Assembly (NCBI RefSeq): GCF_032062105.1
Contig: NW_026930495.1
Span: forward strand, 62,001 to 126,000
From: Saccostrea cucullata
Lineage: Eukaryota
DNA length: 64,000 nt
Direction of reading: 5' to 3'
Positions 13,918-27,422 of this stretch are shown one piece after another. The position numbers were made by a program, and so were the translations under genes. The stretch's first letter is position 1. The number at the start of each line of letters is the position of its first letter. The notes below the pieces were generated by a model, which worked only from the letters and a program-made list of their open reading frames with translations, was not told the DNA's origin and ran no database searches.

Positions 13918-14082
13918 TAAACAATAAAATGTCTTTCTTTGTTTGTTATTAATGGAATTAACGGTCGCAGCTATTGCAGAAAAAAATTACCTAACCTGCT
14001 TATGCAGGTTATGTATTTTTTCTGCAACAGCTGCTTCCGTTAATTCCAGTTATAACAAACAAAGAAAGCATTTTATTGTTTA
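13918..14082. repeat. ~165-bp near-perfect palindrome (foldback MITE)
   Basis: taaacaataaaatg.ctttctttgtttgttat...taacctgc ttat gcaggtta...ataacaaacaaagaaagcattttattgttta. Confidence 0.85.
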
Positions 14083-14380
14083 AATACACACAAGTGGGTT
14101 AATGAACTTGTAATGATTTTATGGTCACTTTGAAATACACCATGTTTTTACCGAGTGCAATGTTCCAGTGTCCATTTTACTCGGTTTAAGTGTTATAACA
14201 TTTTAATGCTTAAAAGCTAATTGCCTTTCTGGGAAAACTAACATGCATTTGTTTACTTTAAGTTAGTAAGGTCGTGTGTAAGATTTCAAAAAATATATTT
14301 ATCTAAACGCCATATATTGTTTCACAGAAATTGTATACCCCATTTATAATCTACAGGGCATGTAGCGGTCAGAATCAGAC

Positions 14381-15817
14381 ATGGACTTTAGAATCTCTGT
14401 GCACGTCGTGGGAAACATAATTCTCTTTCTGGTTACACTTATTCTTTGCGACCAACAACTGCAATTTGTGAGAATTGACAATCTTTCAAATTATAAGTTT
14501 GATAATGAACTAACTTTGGAATCTTCCTCTGGTAGTTTAGAAGATTGTGCAGTTCAGTGTGAAATTACAAAGGCCTGTCTCTCCTTACAACATGCATCTA
14601 ACACAAACGAATGCGTCTTGTTCAGAACAATACATTACAGCACATTAAAAGCTGTAAGCGTGCCGGGATGGAATTACTTTATTCGGACTGGAGGTTAGAA
14701 ATATTCCAAACTTTTATCAAATATTTAAATTGAAGGACATCGATTAAGGGATTTTTTGTATCATAACTATATACTAGTATATAAAATACCTTCTGTATCC
14801 TCATGTCAAAAAGATAAATATGAATTTAAGAATGTTAAAGATCGATATGGTTCCTTCATTTTATCAAATGAAACAATTTTAAAATATATTTTATTGAAGA
14901 AAAAAAATATCATAAAAGATGTTACCGTGCCTACTTTACATTTGGAAATATTTCACTTTTGTAGTTACATAATGATGTTTTTTCTTATTTTTACAAATTG
15001 ATGATATCTTTAAATTCGTGACAAAATTTTGAAATTATTACAATGAAGTCTTTTAATCTTAAACCCAGAATGAAGTTATCATAATTGCATGAACATGAAT
15101 AATATAAAGTATTATGAACATGATGAATATGTGCATTTAGTTAAAAAAATATATTGATTTCTGAAATAGGTAGATGTCAAAGTGGATTCAGCGATGCCAG
15201 GTCGATAAAAGTTTGTGTCTACTTTACTGGTATTTACAGTGTGTTTGACGGCCATAAAGAATGTTCACAACTAAACTCCGAGCTCATCAACATTAGGTCA
15301 GATGTAGAGGAGGACCTTCTGGAAACGCTAATGTGTAATGTTTAGTGATAATGTTGATGATGGTGAAGGCTAATGTTAACCTTTATCCTTTAGTAAAGTC
15401 AACCTATAATAAGTTTTATCAAAATCATGCAAGAAAAAAGTCATTTTTAATGTTAAATTGGGTCAACGGTTAAATGAGATTCTTACTACAAATGTACAAT
15501 CACTCAGACAAAACATCAAACATCCAATATCCTTTTCATAAAAAGTTAAAAATTATAATTTCATTCCAGGTTCTTTATTTGACGATGACAATAAGTCGAA
15601 TGCAAACAAAGCATACATCCAAGGTCGCTGGAACGGCACTCACTGGGTACTGGATGACGGCAAGGCAATGGAACACAGCATGCAGTGGACAACTAACACA
15701 GATCTCAGTAAACTACAGTACGGCGACCGTCTTAGTTTTTATCCCAAAGGTCACAAGATTGCAATCAACAATGGGAACTTGGCGAGACCAATATTTTGCG
15801 CGTACGATATAGTTTGA
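14381..15817 (+). CDS. Secreted PAN/Apple + C-type lectin-like protein, copy B (intact, ~240 aa)
   Basis: Exons 14381-14693, 15170-15334, 15570-15817. Hydrophobic signal peptide; CAVQC...CLS...NECVLF (PAN); CQSGF...CVYF...ECS...LINIRSDVE...YIQG..WVLDDG...W...IFC (CTLD fold). Confidence 0.82.
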
Positions 15818-16259
15818 GTTGTTTATATAATAAATTCAGACTGTTTGGTTGAGATATTTGATTATAAAAAGGGATGTTATTCAGATACTGTTTATGCATA
15901 AACCACGCCCTTTGGGTACATGTACATGTGCTTGGAACACCCCCCCCCCCCCGTGCTCCGTACCCCAAGGGGTTCTTTGACAGGTTAAAAAAAAAAGTTT
16001 TTTTCTATGACACATTCACAAAGAATTGTACAACTTAAAATTCAAGATATAGCCTATAAAAACTTATTCATACAAAAAAATCCCCCCTCTCAGATACTAA
16101 ATAATTAAGAAATTTTAGTATTAGAGAGGGTGAATTAAATAATTATGCTGATTAGGTAAAAAGAAAATATATTTTAAAACAAAGGCCTAACAATTGGTGT
16201 GAAGCAACGCAGCCTTAATACAGTCGTATGATAGAATAAGAAATATATATGAAGAAACA

Positions 16260-17100
16260 CACTAATCGGGAGCCGAGCAGACACGGATCTCTAAAACATC
16301 AAAGGTGGGATCAGGTGCCATGGAGGACGAAATATCCTTGTCAACATATGTCACACTGGATGTATTTGTTTACCAAATCAATATAACGACCATATAGAAT
16401 TTATAAAAGGCTGGCTTAAATTGAGTTTGTTGGTATCCTATAACGTCAACTTATCTGTCAGTAGCTTAGTTTAAAAAAAAATGACCGTTTCTAGAGCATT
16501 AACATGACTATGCAACTTAGTTCGAAGACAAAAGCACTACGTGTACATGCAAGGCGATAGCGGAATATTACTTCATATATAAGGAAAATTGATGGACATG
16601 TTAAACTCATCTCGTCTGTCATATAATGAAGTTGTTAGCACTTATCGTCTAATGGTGTTATCCAAACATCCAAATATAAAACAGATGTAACAGATTCTGT
16701 GGCCTTTTATTTCAACTTTACAAGAATATGGAGTCGACATAGTAACTGAGCCTAATTCTTTATTGATAAAACATCGTCATTGTATCTTTCAAATCGAATG
16801 CAACAGAAAATGTTTTCTTCTCGTCGTGTAGAAGTTTTTTAAAAACATTCTGCTGCATATGAATTTAAAAACATGTCATATAATAAAGGAGCACAATTAG
16901 TGTCCATTGAAATTCTATCATGTTAGAAGAGTTGGTCTCCGAAGCTTAATATCAGCTTTAGGGTAGCTTTGTGTAAAATCAGAGTGAATTTTAACAAAGT
17001 TTTTTTGAATAACGACAAGATAAGAAAACTTCACACTTTCCTTTTTTATTGGAATGGCATTTGTCTTTGATATCACAAAGAAGCCTTGATTTTAATTTGA
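16260..17100 (-). mobile_element. Heavily decayed Penelope-like/RT retroelement fragment
   Basis: Inverted copy of the tail motif (aggtgggatcaggtgcc) at ~16303, plus an RY.DDVL-like RT motif near 16770-16790 on the minus strand. Confidence 0.5.
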
Positions 17101-18548
17101 TGCAAAGAATGGTTGTTTACGCATAAAGTGTAGAGAAAATATTTTGACTGGAAAAATGTGATGATTTTAAATTTCTGAAAGTTCTGTATTTTTATGTATT
17201 TACTACTTTATTTTCTAATCTTAAATTAAGTGAAGCTAGTACATATTTGTCAAGAAGGAGAACGAACACACCGTGGTAATTTACATCGATTACTCTTAAT
17301 ACTTCGTGAATGTTCAACAATGTCTTTGTCATTTGTATTTTGTTAAATAAATGTATTCTGACTTTTCTTTGTGTTTTTGGAATTTTTTCCCTAGTTTTTT
17401 TAATGACCATAAATATAAATAAATATTTCTTTGTTTTTTTACAGAAGGAACAAGTTTTGTATTAATTTATATGAATAAATAGATAAATAAATGTTCTTAA
17501 TAAATTTAAGTTGAAGTTTTCTTTTTTTCTTCCTTTTTTAAGGACAAGATAATCCCTGTCTGAATTATCCAATTTCTCGGCTTTTTAAAGAAGAGGCAGC
17601 CAAGTCGCACACATTCGTTTAAGAACAGACGACCCCCCCCCCTCCCCCGGATATGAATGTATGGATTGGTGTAATGTATACGAGTATATTATAGAAAAAA
17701 ATTGATTGGTTGTTAATGACGCCAATAATATTTTTTTAAAATATGGAGTATAAAAAAAATCTGAATTAAAAACAAAATCTTTGCAGGTAAACATGTATTC
17801 ATTGCATTTGACTTATATAAAGACATAATTTAATTTGTTATTTAAATAATTTTTGAAAGATTTTATTATCTGTTCTTGATCTACAAAACGGCACTTTTAC
17901 AAAACACCACATAACATGAGATGACAAAAGACGGAAGTCTGAATAAAGATTTTTAATAATAAGGTTGCAAAATTTAAATCTCTTAATGTTACATATGCCG
18001 ATTTCGACAATTAAAATGTCAATTCAAAGAATTTTGTTATAGATCGCTAATATAAAATCCACATCTCTCTCTCTCTCTCTCTCGTGTTTTGTTAAGCATA
18101 AAGGCGTAAAATTGAAAATATTTTTTTTTATCTTCATGTAGAAAAAAAAAATTCGACCGAATACTGTATATGTAGCATGCCTTTATCCTCTTATTCAAGG
18201 TCTCATCTTTCTATCGACCACGAGATGCTGTCCATATGTTTCCAAATTTAATAGCCCTATTGTTATAATCATGAATACAGGGACCCGATACTCCATTAAT
18301 CCATACACTTTGATTCTTCCTCTGTACATCATTTTACCTATCGTTTTATGTGTATTCCTTATAGAGAGCGTACCTTGACATGGTAATTGCGGTTTGTTTT
18401 CCAAAACAAACTTTTGTTGGAAATTATTTCTCCAGATTAAATATTGAGATATGCAGGAAGAAAAATTTCATTAAATGATTTGCATAATCATCAGTTAAGT
18501 AAGAAACTAATTTCAAGCTGATGACATTTGTCATAGTTTGTGAAGGAA

Positions 18549-19887
18549 ATGGCATACTTTCGAATCAGGTAAGTGAATGAAAATATTTAAAGTATAGTTA
18601 TTACTAAAAAAAATGTATACATGTATTTAAAAAAAAAAACATTTTAAGAACTCGTACATGTACATTTACTACATTATACATGTAGAGCTCTAGCTCTGAC
18701 ATCTTCTGACAAGTAAAACATCACAATGATATTTTTTTATATTTTGCAGATACTGGAAATATAGACGCTTGCTGTATCTGATACTGCCCTTAACCCTAGT
18801 ATTTCTTCTTACAACAAACATATTCTGCATTCCTAAAGAAACGCATTTCACCCTCAATTCGAACACTCCTCGACACCACATTGCCTATATCAAAGTTCAT
18901 AAGGCTGCAAGCTCAACTATTCAAAATATTCTATTGAGATACGGGTACCTGAGGAATTTGACCTTTGTCCTTGGCCGTAATGCTAACATGTACCCCAACG
19001 TCATCAGTATTACAGAGTCTATCACAAATTACAACATAGAGCCCCCTCCAAAAAACAGAACATTCGACATTTTGTGTAGTCATGTGATATATAATCGCGA
19101 TTCTTTTCGCGCCATAATGCCACGTGATACAATCTATTTGGCATCTGTTCGAGAACCCTTTACTGTTTTCATATCAACACTGCATTATTTTCGCCCACCA
19201 TATATATTCAATACTAATGCATCAGATCCAATATCTATGTACTTAACAAACCCAGGAAAATATGAACCGGAGGTGAAAAATTCTTTGACGAATAACAGAA
19301 TGGCATTTGAGTTAGGCTTCCCACTTCATTTGTTCCATTCAAAAAACCTGACTGGAATTAACGTGTATCTAAAAAAGCTGGATAAAGAAATGGATTTAAT
19401 TTTAGTCGTAGAAAGATTAGAGGAGTCCATTGTTTTACTTAGAAGACTTTTACATTGGGAACTACAAGACGTTCTTTATCTACCTAAAAATAAATTCGAG
19501 GAGTTAGACAATAAGACAAAGTCAAAGCTCAAAGAAAAATTTTACCTCCAAAAAGGTGCAAAACAAAAGTTTGAAAAATGGGCAACTCTGGACTACATTT
19601 TATATAAATTTGCTGTCGAAAAACTAGAACGCCAAATTCAAAGCCAAAACGCAGACTTCCACGATGAAGTTGCGTATTTCAAGTTCATTCGGAAGAAAGT
19701 TGAGGAGTTTTGCTTGAAGCAAAGCAGGCCGTATAGGAACGTGACTCTAACTGTTAAGGCATCAGTGTGGAACGACAGATTTGTTGTGGATTCGCTGATG
19801 TGCTCCCAGATGATATTAAGAGAGTCATACTTTGTTAAGGAAATACGGTACCAACAATATGGAGTTTTACCCAGTGAAATCAATTAA
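18549..19887 (+). CDS. Galactose-3-O-sulfotransferase (GAL3ST/cerebroside sulfotransferase family), type II Golgi membrane protein
   Basis: Micro-exon 18549-18568 (MAYFRI..) spliced in frame to 18750-19887. TM helix LLYLILPLTLVFLL; 5'-PSB IKVHKAASST; 3'-PB SVREPF...S; NNRMAFELG; ERLEESIVLLRRLLHW. Confidence 0.92.
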
Positions 19888-20033
19888 GCCAAAATTGTTT
19901 TAAATAACATTTTACCTCTTTCTTTGAATGAAAAATTAAAGCATGTTATGATATTAAAGAGAGAGTCAATTTCTTTTCATTTTCTTTTCCTTTTTTCCAA
20001 AAGAATGGTTTCTGAGTTTTTAAAAATGGTATT

Positions 20034-22097
20034 AACAAGAGGCCCAAGGGCCTTGAATTGCTCTTCTGATAAATTATACAATCTATCCTAAGACCTAAGA
20101 TACAACAGCTGACAAAGTTTGATGATTCTTAGCCAGTTAGGGCTGAAGATATTCAAATGTAACTATAAAATACTATAAGTAGGTCATGGTGACCTACTTT
20201 TTGAAATTTTCTTAGAACACAAGATGCATTAATTGACAAAGATTGATGATTTTAAGCCAATAAGTACTTGAGATATTCAAAAGTGGGTCACAGTGACCTA
20301 CTTATTGGTCAACATTCTCCGAAAACCCAAGGTGCATCAACTGACAAAGTTTGACAATTCTAAGCCAATAAGTACCCTAGAATACTTAAATATAGCCATA
20401 AAATGTCAGAAATAGGTCACATGTACAGTGACCTACTTTTTGGTCGACATTTTCCGAAAACCCAAGATGCATCTACTGACAAAGTTTGATGATTCTAAGT
20501 CAATCAGTACCCGAGATATTCAAAAGTAAGTCACAGTGACCAACTTTTTTAAATATAGCATCAGATGACAAAATGATTCTAAACCAAATAGTAACTGAGA
20601 TACATAAAAATTTCCATAAAATGTCAAAAGTAGGTCACTGTGACCTACTTTTTGGTTGACATTCTCCGAAAACCCAATATGCATCAGATGACAAAGTTTG
20701 ATGACTCTAAACCAAATAGTAACTGAGATACATAAAAATTTCCATAAAATGTCAAAAGTAAGTCACAGTGACCAACTTTCTGGTCAACATGCTCCGGAAA
20801 CCAATGATGCATCAGATGACAAAGTTTGATGATTCTAAATACCAAATAGTAACTGAGATACATAAAAATTTCCATAAAATGTCAAAAGTAGGTCACTGTG
20901 ACCTACTTTTTGGTTGACATTCTCCGAAAACCCAAGATGCATCTACTGACAAAATTTGATGATTCTACGCCAATAAGTATCTGAGATACTTAAATATAGC
21001 CATAAAATGTCAAAAGTAGGTCACCGTGACCTACTTTTTGGTCGTTAATCTCCAAAAACCCAAGATGCATCAACTCACAAATTTTGATGATTCTAAGCCA
21101 ATAAGTACCCGAGATACTTAAATCTAGCCATATAATGTCGAAAGTAGGTCACAGTGACCTACTTTTTGGTCGACATTTTCTGAAGACCAGAGATGCATCA
21201 ACTGACAAAATTTGATGATCATAGGTCTAATAGTATTCAAAATATGCCTTTTAAACAATTTGAAAACAAATGCCAGCAAAGTTTAAAAAGTAGGTCACAG
21301 TGACCTACTTTTTAATAAATATGTTTTAAGGCCCCAAGATGCATCAACTTACAAGATTTGGTGATTCTAAACCTCTCGGTGTCTGAAATAATGGGATTAA
21401 ATGTTTTAGAAAAGATTAGGTATCAAATTCAAAAAGTAGGTCACGATGACCTACTTTTACATTGATGTTGTTTGTGGACCCAAGATGCACCAACTGACAA
21501 AGTTTCATGATCATAGGCCTTAAAGTGTCCAAAATATGCCTCAAAATCAATTTGAAAACAAAAGCCCGTAAAATTTAAAAAGTAGGTCACCGTGACCTAC
21601 TTTTGTATTAACATGATGTCAAGTCCTGAGATGCATCAACTTACAAGATTTGATGATCCTAGTCTTTATAGTAAGCAAAATATCAATGTTTTTAATAAGT
21701 GTAAATTTTGGTCAACTTTGAAGTGACCTTGAGACCACACCCTTTGCCCCAGGGTCATGCCTTGAACAATTTTTAATCTTCAACATATTCCAACCCTTGT
21801 ATGTAAGTTTGGTGAAAATCTGCCTGGTGGTTCTGGAGAAGAAGATTTTTTAGCAACCAGTACTTTTGGTTTTATTTTTGTGATTATCTCCCCTTGTTTT
21901 AGGGTCCCATCCCTAGTTTTAGTATAAATGGTAGCCCTTGGGCCAAGGACACCCTGTGACAAATTTGACAATAATTGGCCAAGGGGTTCTTGAGTTATGG
22001 CCAATATTCTATAAAGTTAACGCACACCGCACGACGCACACCGCACAAATGGCCATAGCATTAGCTCTTTGAGCCTTTGGCTCAGAAGAGCTAAAAA
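20034..22097 (-). mobile_element. Helentron-type (HINE) element with long internal tandem array
   Basis: Ends aacaagaggcccaagggcc...gctcttctga and tagctctttgagcctttggctcagaagagctaaaaa. About 14 units built on the palindrome aagtaggtcacagtgacctactt plus agatgcatcaactgacaaagtttgatgattct. Confidence 0.85.
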
Positions 22098-22808
22098 TAC
22101 AGTTTATTTAAATGTTTTAAAAGTCTGCATGTATAGGTATCTGCTGCACTCATATACAGTACTTGTAATTGCAACTCTAATCTATTGTCTGACAAAGTTA
22201 GTTGAACAAGTTTTATTTGTATGATTAAAATTACCATAACCTCACTTTTTGGTTTTGACATCTGCATCAAAATCAGTAGCTTACAAGTGATACACAATAT
22301 TTAGAGTTTTCTTTGTGAAAAAAATGCATGAAACAGGTGCCATGAAAGGATTCATAAATAAAGGAATACTTCATTTGTGTATATTCTCATCTAAATTTTA
22401 GAACCACACTAACTTGGAAATCCATTTTGATTAATTATAGGCCATAGCAGCCATGTCAACAACATGTGAATGTCCATACAGACAATAAACGTACAAATAT
22501 TATTTTCATACACAATGGTATGTGCTCAAGTGAAAAGCCTTTACATCCAAGTTTCTGTTTTATTTTAAATTACTTGCTGTAACATATTTTTTAAAACAAT
22601 TTACTGCAATCAGTACTTTAACAAATACATGCATGTATTTAACATTATCAAAGACATAACATGGTCAACAAAATCAATATTATCACAGATATGTTATCTT
22701 AAAACTTTAATACACAATCAATCAAAAGTTATTATTAAAAAAACAACAATTTGAGATAAATTATTTATCAATCAGGAATTAAAATTAAGGTAGTTTTTCA
22801 TATACCCG

Positions 22809-23413
22809 TCATGAAGATTTAGATTTTTTCCAGGAAAACATCAGTTTGATTTGTTTCCATACTTCTCCCCACAGAATCACGTTATCATAAGAATTAGAGT
22901 CTGAGTCTTGATTCCTAAAGGAGCCATCATAATGATTTATTTTATCTCTATCTCCTAAAATACTATACGCCTCTGATGCCAAGCTTTTAGAAGGAGCAGC
23001 AGTTAGGTACTCTGTGTGGCTTGTCACGACTTTCTCTAGTTCCCTGTCGTAGCTGTAAGGTATGAGCTGCTTCTTCATTACAGGGACAATCAGGTTGAAT
23101 TTCTTGACATTGTCATTGATCAGGGAAATGTTGGCTTTGAACTTTTCACATTCATACTTCCAAATCTTTTCCAGATGAGAGGATGGAAATGGGGGATGTC
23201 CTATTCTTTCTAGTACTCTGGCAAGGTTATGTCTGGATTCAGATATACCATCCCTACACAGAGAAAACTTCGATGTTACTGGAGAATAATGAATGCAGCA
23301 TTTCATTAGCTCGACAATAACTGTAGTAGAATAAAGAATAATAAAAGATCGTTCTTAGTATGAATTCAACATATAAATGCAGATATCAGAAAATTTGCAA
23401 CAAATTACAATTA

Positions 23414-23444
<31 letters not shown>

Positions 23445-26400
23445 ATGAGAAGCTTTGACCTTTCTGTTCTGAATTAGCTTTTTGGTTTTGACATCTGCAT
23501 CAAAATCATAATTTAGACATTTTGATACACAATATTTACCCCAGTCCTTCCATGGGAAAAAAATGCATGGAAACAGTGGTGCCATGAAAGGATTTAAATA
23601 AAGATTTTTGTATATATTTCTATGTAAAATTTTGAACCACACTAACTTGGAAATCCATTTTGATTAATTATAGGCCATAGCAGCCATGTCAACAACATGG
23701 CCCAGTGTCCATACAGACAATAAATGTACCTATATATTTCTATATACAATGGTATTCCCCAAGTGAAAAGCCTTTACATCCAAGTTTCTTATTTGAACAT
23801 TTTAAATTACTTGCTGTAACATATTTTTTAAAACAATTTACTGCAATCAGTACTTTAACAAATACATGCATGTATTTAACATTATCAAAGACATAACATG
23901 GTCAACAAAATCAATATTATCACAGATATGTTATCTTAAAACTTTAATACACAATCAATCAAAAGTTATTATTAAAAAAAAACTAATTTGAGATAAATTA
24001 TTTATCAATCAGAAATTTAAATTAATGCAAATTTCGATATACCCATCAAGAAGTGTTTGATTTTTTCCAGGAAAACATGATGTGATTTGTTTCTACATTA
24101 TACCACAGATCACTTATCATAAATTTCAGCTTTTCTGCCCAGTGATTCCTAAAGGAGCCATTATAATGATTTTTTTATATATTTCTATATAAAACTTTAT
24201 CGCCTCTGATGCCAAGCTTCCCCCGTCATGAAGGAACAGCAGTCTACACTACTCTGTGTGCTTGTCACATAAATTTCTCTAGTTCCCAGTGTCGTAGCTG
24301 TAAGATTTTGAGATTTTTCCTATATAGGGACTATATAAAATTTCTTGACATTGTCATTGATCAGGGAAATGTTGAACAATTTGAACTTTTACACACCCCA
24401 GGATGCTTCCACATCTTTTCAGCTTTAGAGCCCAGTGGTTCTTGAGAAGACGATTTTTTAATGACCCAACCCTATTTTTGTCTTTTCTTGATTATCTCCC
24501 CTTGCGAGGGGATATGTCCCTTCATTTTAACAATTTAAATTCCCCTTTACCCAAGGATGCTTTGTACCAAGTTTGGTCAAAATTGGCCCAGTGGTTCTTG
24601 AGAAGTCGAAAATGTGAGAATAAAGAATAATAAAAGATCGTTCTTAGTATGAATTCAACATATAAATGCAGATATCAGAAAATTTGCAACAAATTACAAT
24701 TATAAAAATTTGTAATACCCTTATATATTTCTTTATATATTTATTACCTGTAAAATGTCCATCAATTAAATAGTTTTTGCATTGGTCTAACAGTTTCATT
24801 ATTGACCAGTCCAACATAACAATTGTTAAACCACGATGTCAATGCTATGCGTACATCACAAGTAAAAAGTCCTCATTCAATAGTGGTGAAACAGAAACAG
24901 CCAATGTTAAGAGTTGCAAGAGTAGTTGGGGGATTAATGAATTACTCTTTTATTGACTGGTTTGCAATGTACCTTATGTCTTTCTCTAGCATGATCCAGT
25001 CCGGAGCAAATCCTTCTTCTTTCAGCATCTGGTTAATTTTATACGTGGTGGCGTCTACTAGCGGGTTCCTGTCCCTGTCTTTGTACTGGATAGGTTTACC
25101 GTAACCCGCAAGGTTGTCAAAGTCCCCCCTCTGCATGGACTCTTGAATCAAATCCTCAACCACGCGGTCAATGGTTTTACTGGAAATGAGAGCAATCACT
25201 GCTTTAAGGGCATTTTGTTAAACTACAGCATGAGATAGCAAAATATTTACTTACACATGTATATCAACATGCAACGGTTCATTGTACATGCATGCAAAAG
25301 GCTTTAATGCATTTAAAATATAGCATAGTTTTGAATTGTATGTAAAACAAAAAACACTACATGTATCATACAAAAAATTAAAAACTTAAAAGGAAATGTG
25401 TAGGAATAGGTAGATTGTTGGATATGGATAACCCAAGCTTTCTTTTTAAAAATCCCAGCAGGTATAACTTACAATTTGCATTAGATTATGAAAAATTATA
25501 CCTCATTTTGTTTCTGCGAGCGATTGACTTGGTTTTATTCACCAAAGCCGTCTCTGATGGCTTCATCCATCTAGCCTTCTTGTGCTCAAATAAATCCTCT
25601 GAGACTTTTCTTACTCTGTGTTGGGCATATTGTTTTTGTCTCTGTTGTGGAGTGCCAAATCCCACGCCCTGTAGATGTGATAAAAATTAGTCCATATGAA
25701 ATCTATAGGAAAAAATTATTTTACATTCATGATCATGGTGTGAATGGAAAAAATGAAGATAATGAACAGTGATTGATCTCATAAACACTACATACAGTAC
25801 AAGGCTGTGAACAGGGCATTACATGTATGTAGAAAATACCTCCTAAAGATTTAATCAATTTTAAAAAAATATATAGATGTCATGGAAGAATTAAAATTCT
25901 AATGGTAACACAAATAAAATCTCTTAAATTAAGACAGCAAACTCAGATATTTTCCTCCTAAGAAATGGACCAAAGGTTTACTGAATTTCAAAACCATGAT
26001 AATGAACATTCTTACAATGATGTGTTGCTTTGAAGCCAACAGAAATGATGTGTACTACATACATCATAGCTGAGATACTGCCGATGCTGAGGAACCGTGT
26101 GTTTTATATCAAAGTCAAGGTCATCTTCTATGGAATGGTCTGTGTCTGTATGGGTACTTCGCTCACTTCTATGACTCTAAACATTAAAGTAAAAAAAATG
26201 TGTTAATATTCACAGTTAATTTAAGATGTAATGAACCCAAGACCATCATTTAAAAAAATACTTGTTTAATGTACTCTATTAAAGTCAGGTAATATTTTTA
26301 TTTATGTAGGCATTTTCTTCTTTTTCAAATAACTAACAAACTGAAAATCATCATTAAAATCAATGATTCAGAAATTCTATAGATGTTTTCTTGACAGATT

Positions 26401-26773
26401 TAATTCGATTTCTTGCAATTAAAACATTTCATTTTTCAAAACAACTCAAGAATGATAAAATTTCCTTGCTCAAAGTGACATGAAAGAGGCAATATTTAAC
26501 CAAGTATTTTTATACCTTAATAGCTACGTATGCCTCTTTAATCTGATTAAATTTGCGAGGGTCGGCCGAAGAAGTCCCGGAATCAGGGTGATAGATCTTG
26601 GCCAGTCTGAGGTACGCTTCCTTCACTTCATCATCAGAACTGTCGTTAGTCACATTCAGAACACTGTAGCAGTCTCGTATATTGCTCCTCAGCTGGTAAC
26701 CAATCAATCGATGGCTTAAATTCTGGAATCGGTGCCAGGAGAGGAGAAGGGCACTCTGAGACCTGGGAATCAT
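22809..26773 (-). CDS. DNAJC28: DnaJ homolog subfamily C member 28 (J domain + DUF1992), 5 coding exons
   Basis: Exons 26516-26773, 26063-26176, 25502-25668, 24973-25179, 22809-23253, phases consistent. J-domain YHPD; KHTVPQHRQYLSYDGVGFGTP; IDRVVEDLIQESMQRGDFDNLAGYGKP; GFAPDWI. Confidence 0.94.
23414..24705. other. Mosaic of a HINE element and a copy of the DNAJC28 last exon/3'UTR inside intron 4 (probable assembly chimera)
   Basis: Begins and ends with HINE sequence, but the middle duplicates ~22240-23150; 24618-24705 duplicates 23329-23415. Confidence 0.7.
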
Positions 26774-27422
26774 CCTAAAAAATTAACAAGATCATATACA
26801 CTGCTTAAGTGTCTACTAAATTATCAATTATTAATTTTGCATCAAAACTACAGCCAGTTTTCTATTAAGTACTTAGGGATCAAAGCTACATGTAAAATGT
26901 CTTACACATCTGGCATCATATGCTGTTTTATTTTTATTTTTATAACTTATCCTCGTACATTCTTAGATAAGATTTTTTACTGACTTAGCGTGTACACTGT
27001 ATTGTTTCATTGATTACCTTTTCTACATTTTCAACAACCCTCAGTTACCAACAGATAACAGTTTAAAAACGATCACATGAAATATTTGATTGAGTTTCAT
27101 AAACCGAAAACACACACAAGAAGTAGGTGGGAACTGTGTAGACTTCAAGTTTTTTATGTGCGACATTCTTTTCCCCGAATAATTACAAAGACGTTCTCAA
27201 ACTGAAAACACATTGATTTTTATCATGTAAAATATTGCATTGCATGTATTTCTATATTTATTTTCAACATGATTTAATTTATTAAATGTACATGCATACT
27301 AGAGTTTTTGTTTTCATACAAGCATGTATTAATCCGGAAATCCGTTACTGTTTACTTTGTCTTTACTTTGCTTGTGCTTACATCCAGTATTGAAAATTAC
27401 CAGCATGACAAAATATTGACTG
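26774..27422. promoter_or_regulatory. Putative bidirectional promoter/5'UTR region between DNAJC28 and ELP2
   Basis: Divergent start codons ~650 bp apart; ETS-like ccggaa at ~27334. Confidence 0.55.

Noticed and set aside
20100-21680. Regularly spaced palindromes resembling a CRISPR or operator array
   Set aside because: The intervening sequences are themselves repeated, and the array lies inside a HINE.
24040-24400. Alternative last exon or pseudo-exon of DNAJC28
   Set aside because: Frame-broken, blended with TE sequence and lacking an acceptor; probable assembly chimera.
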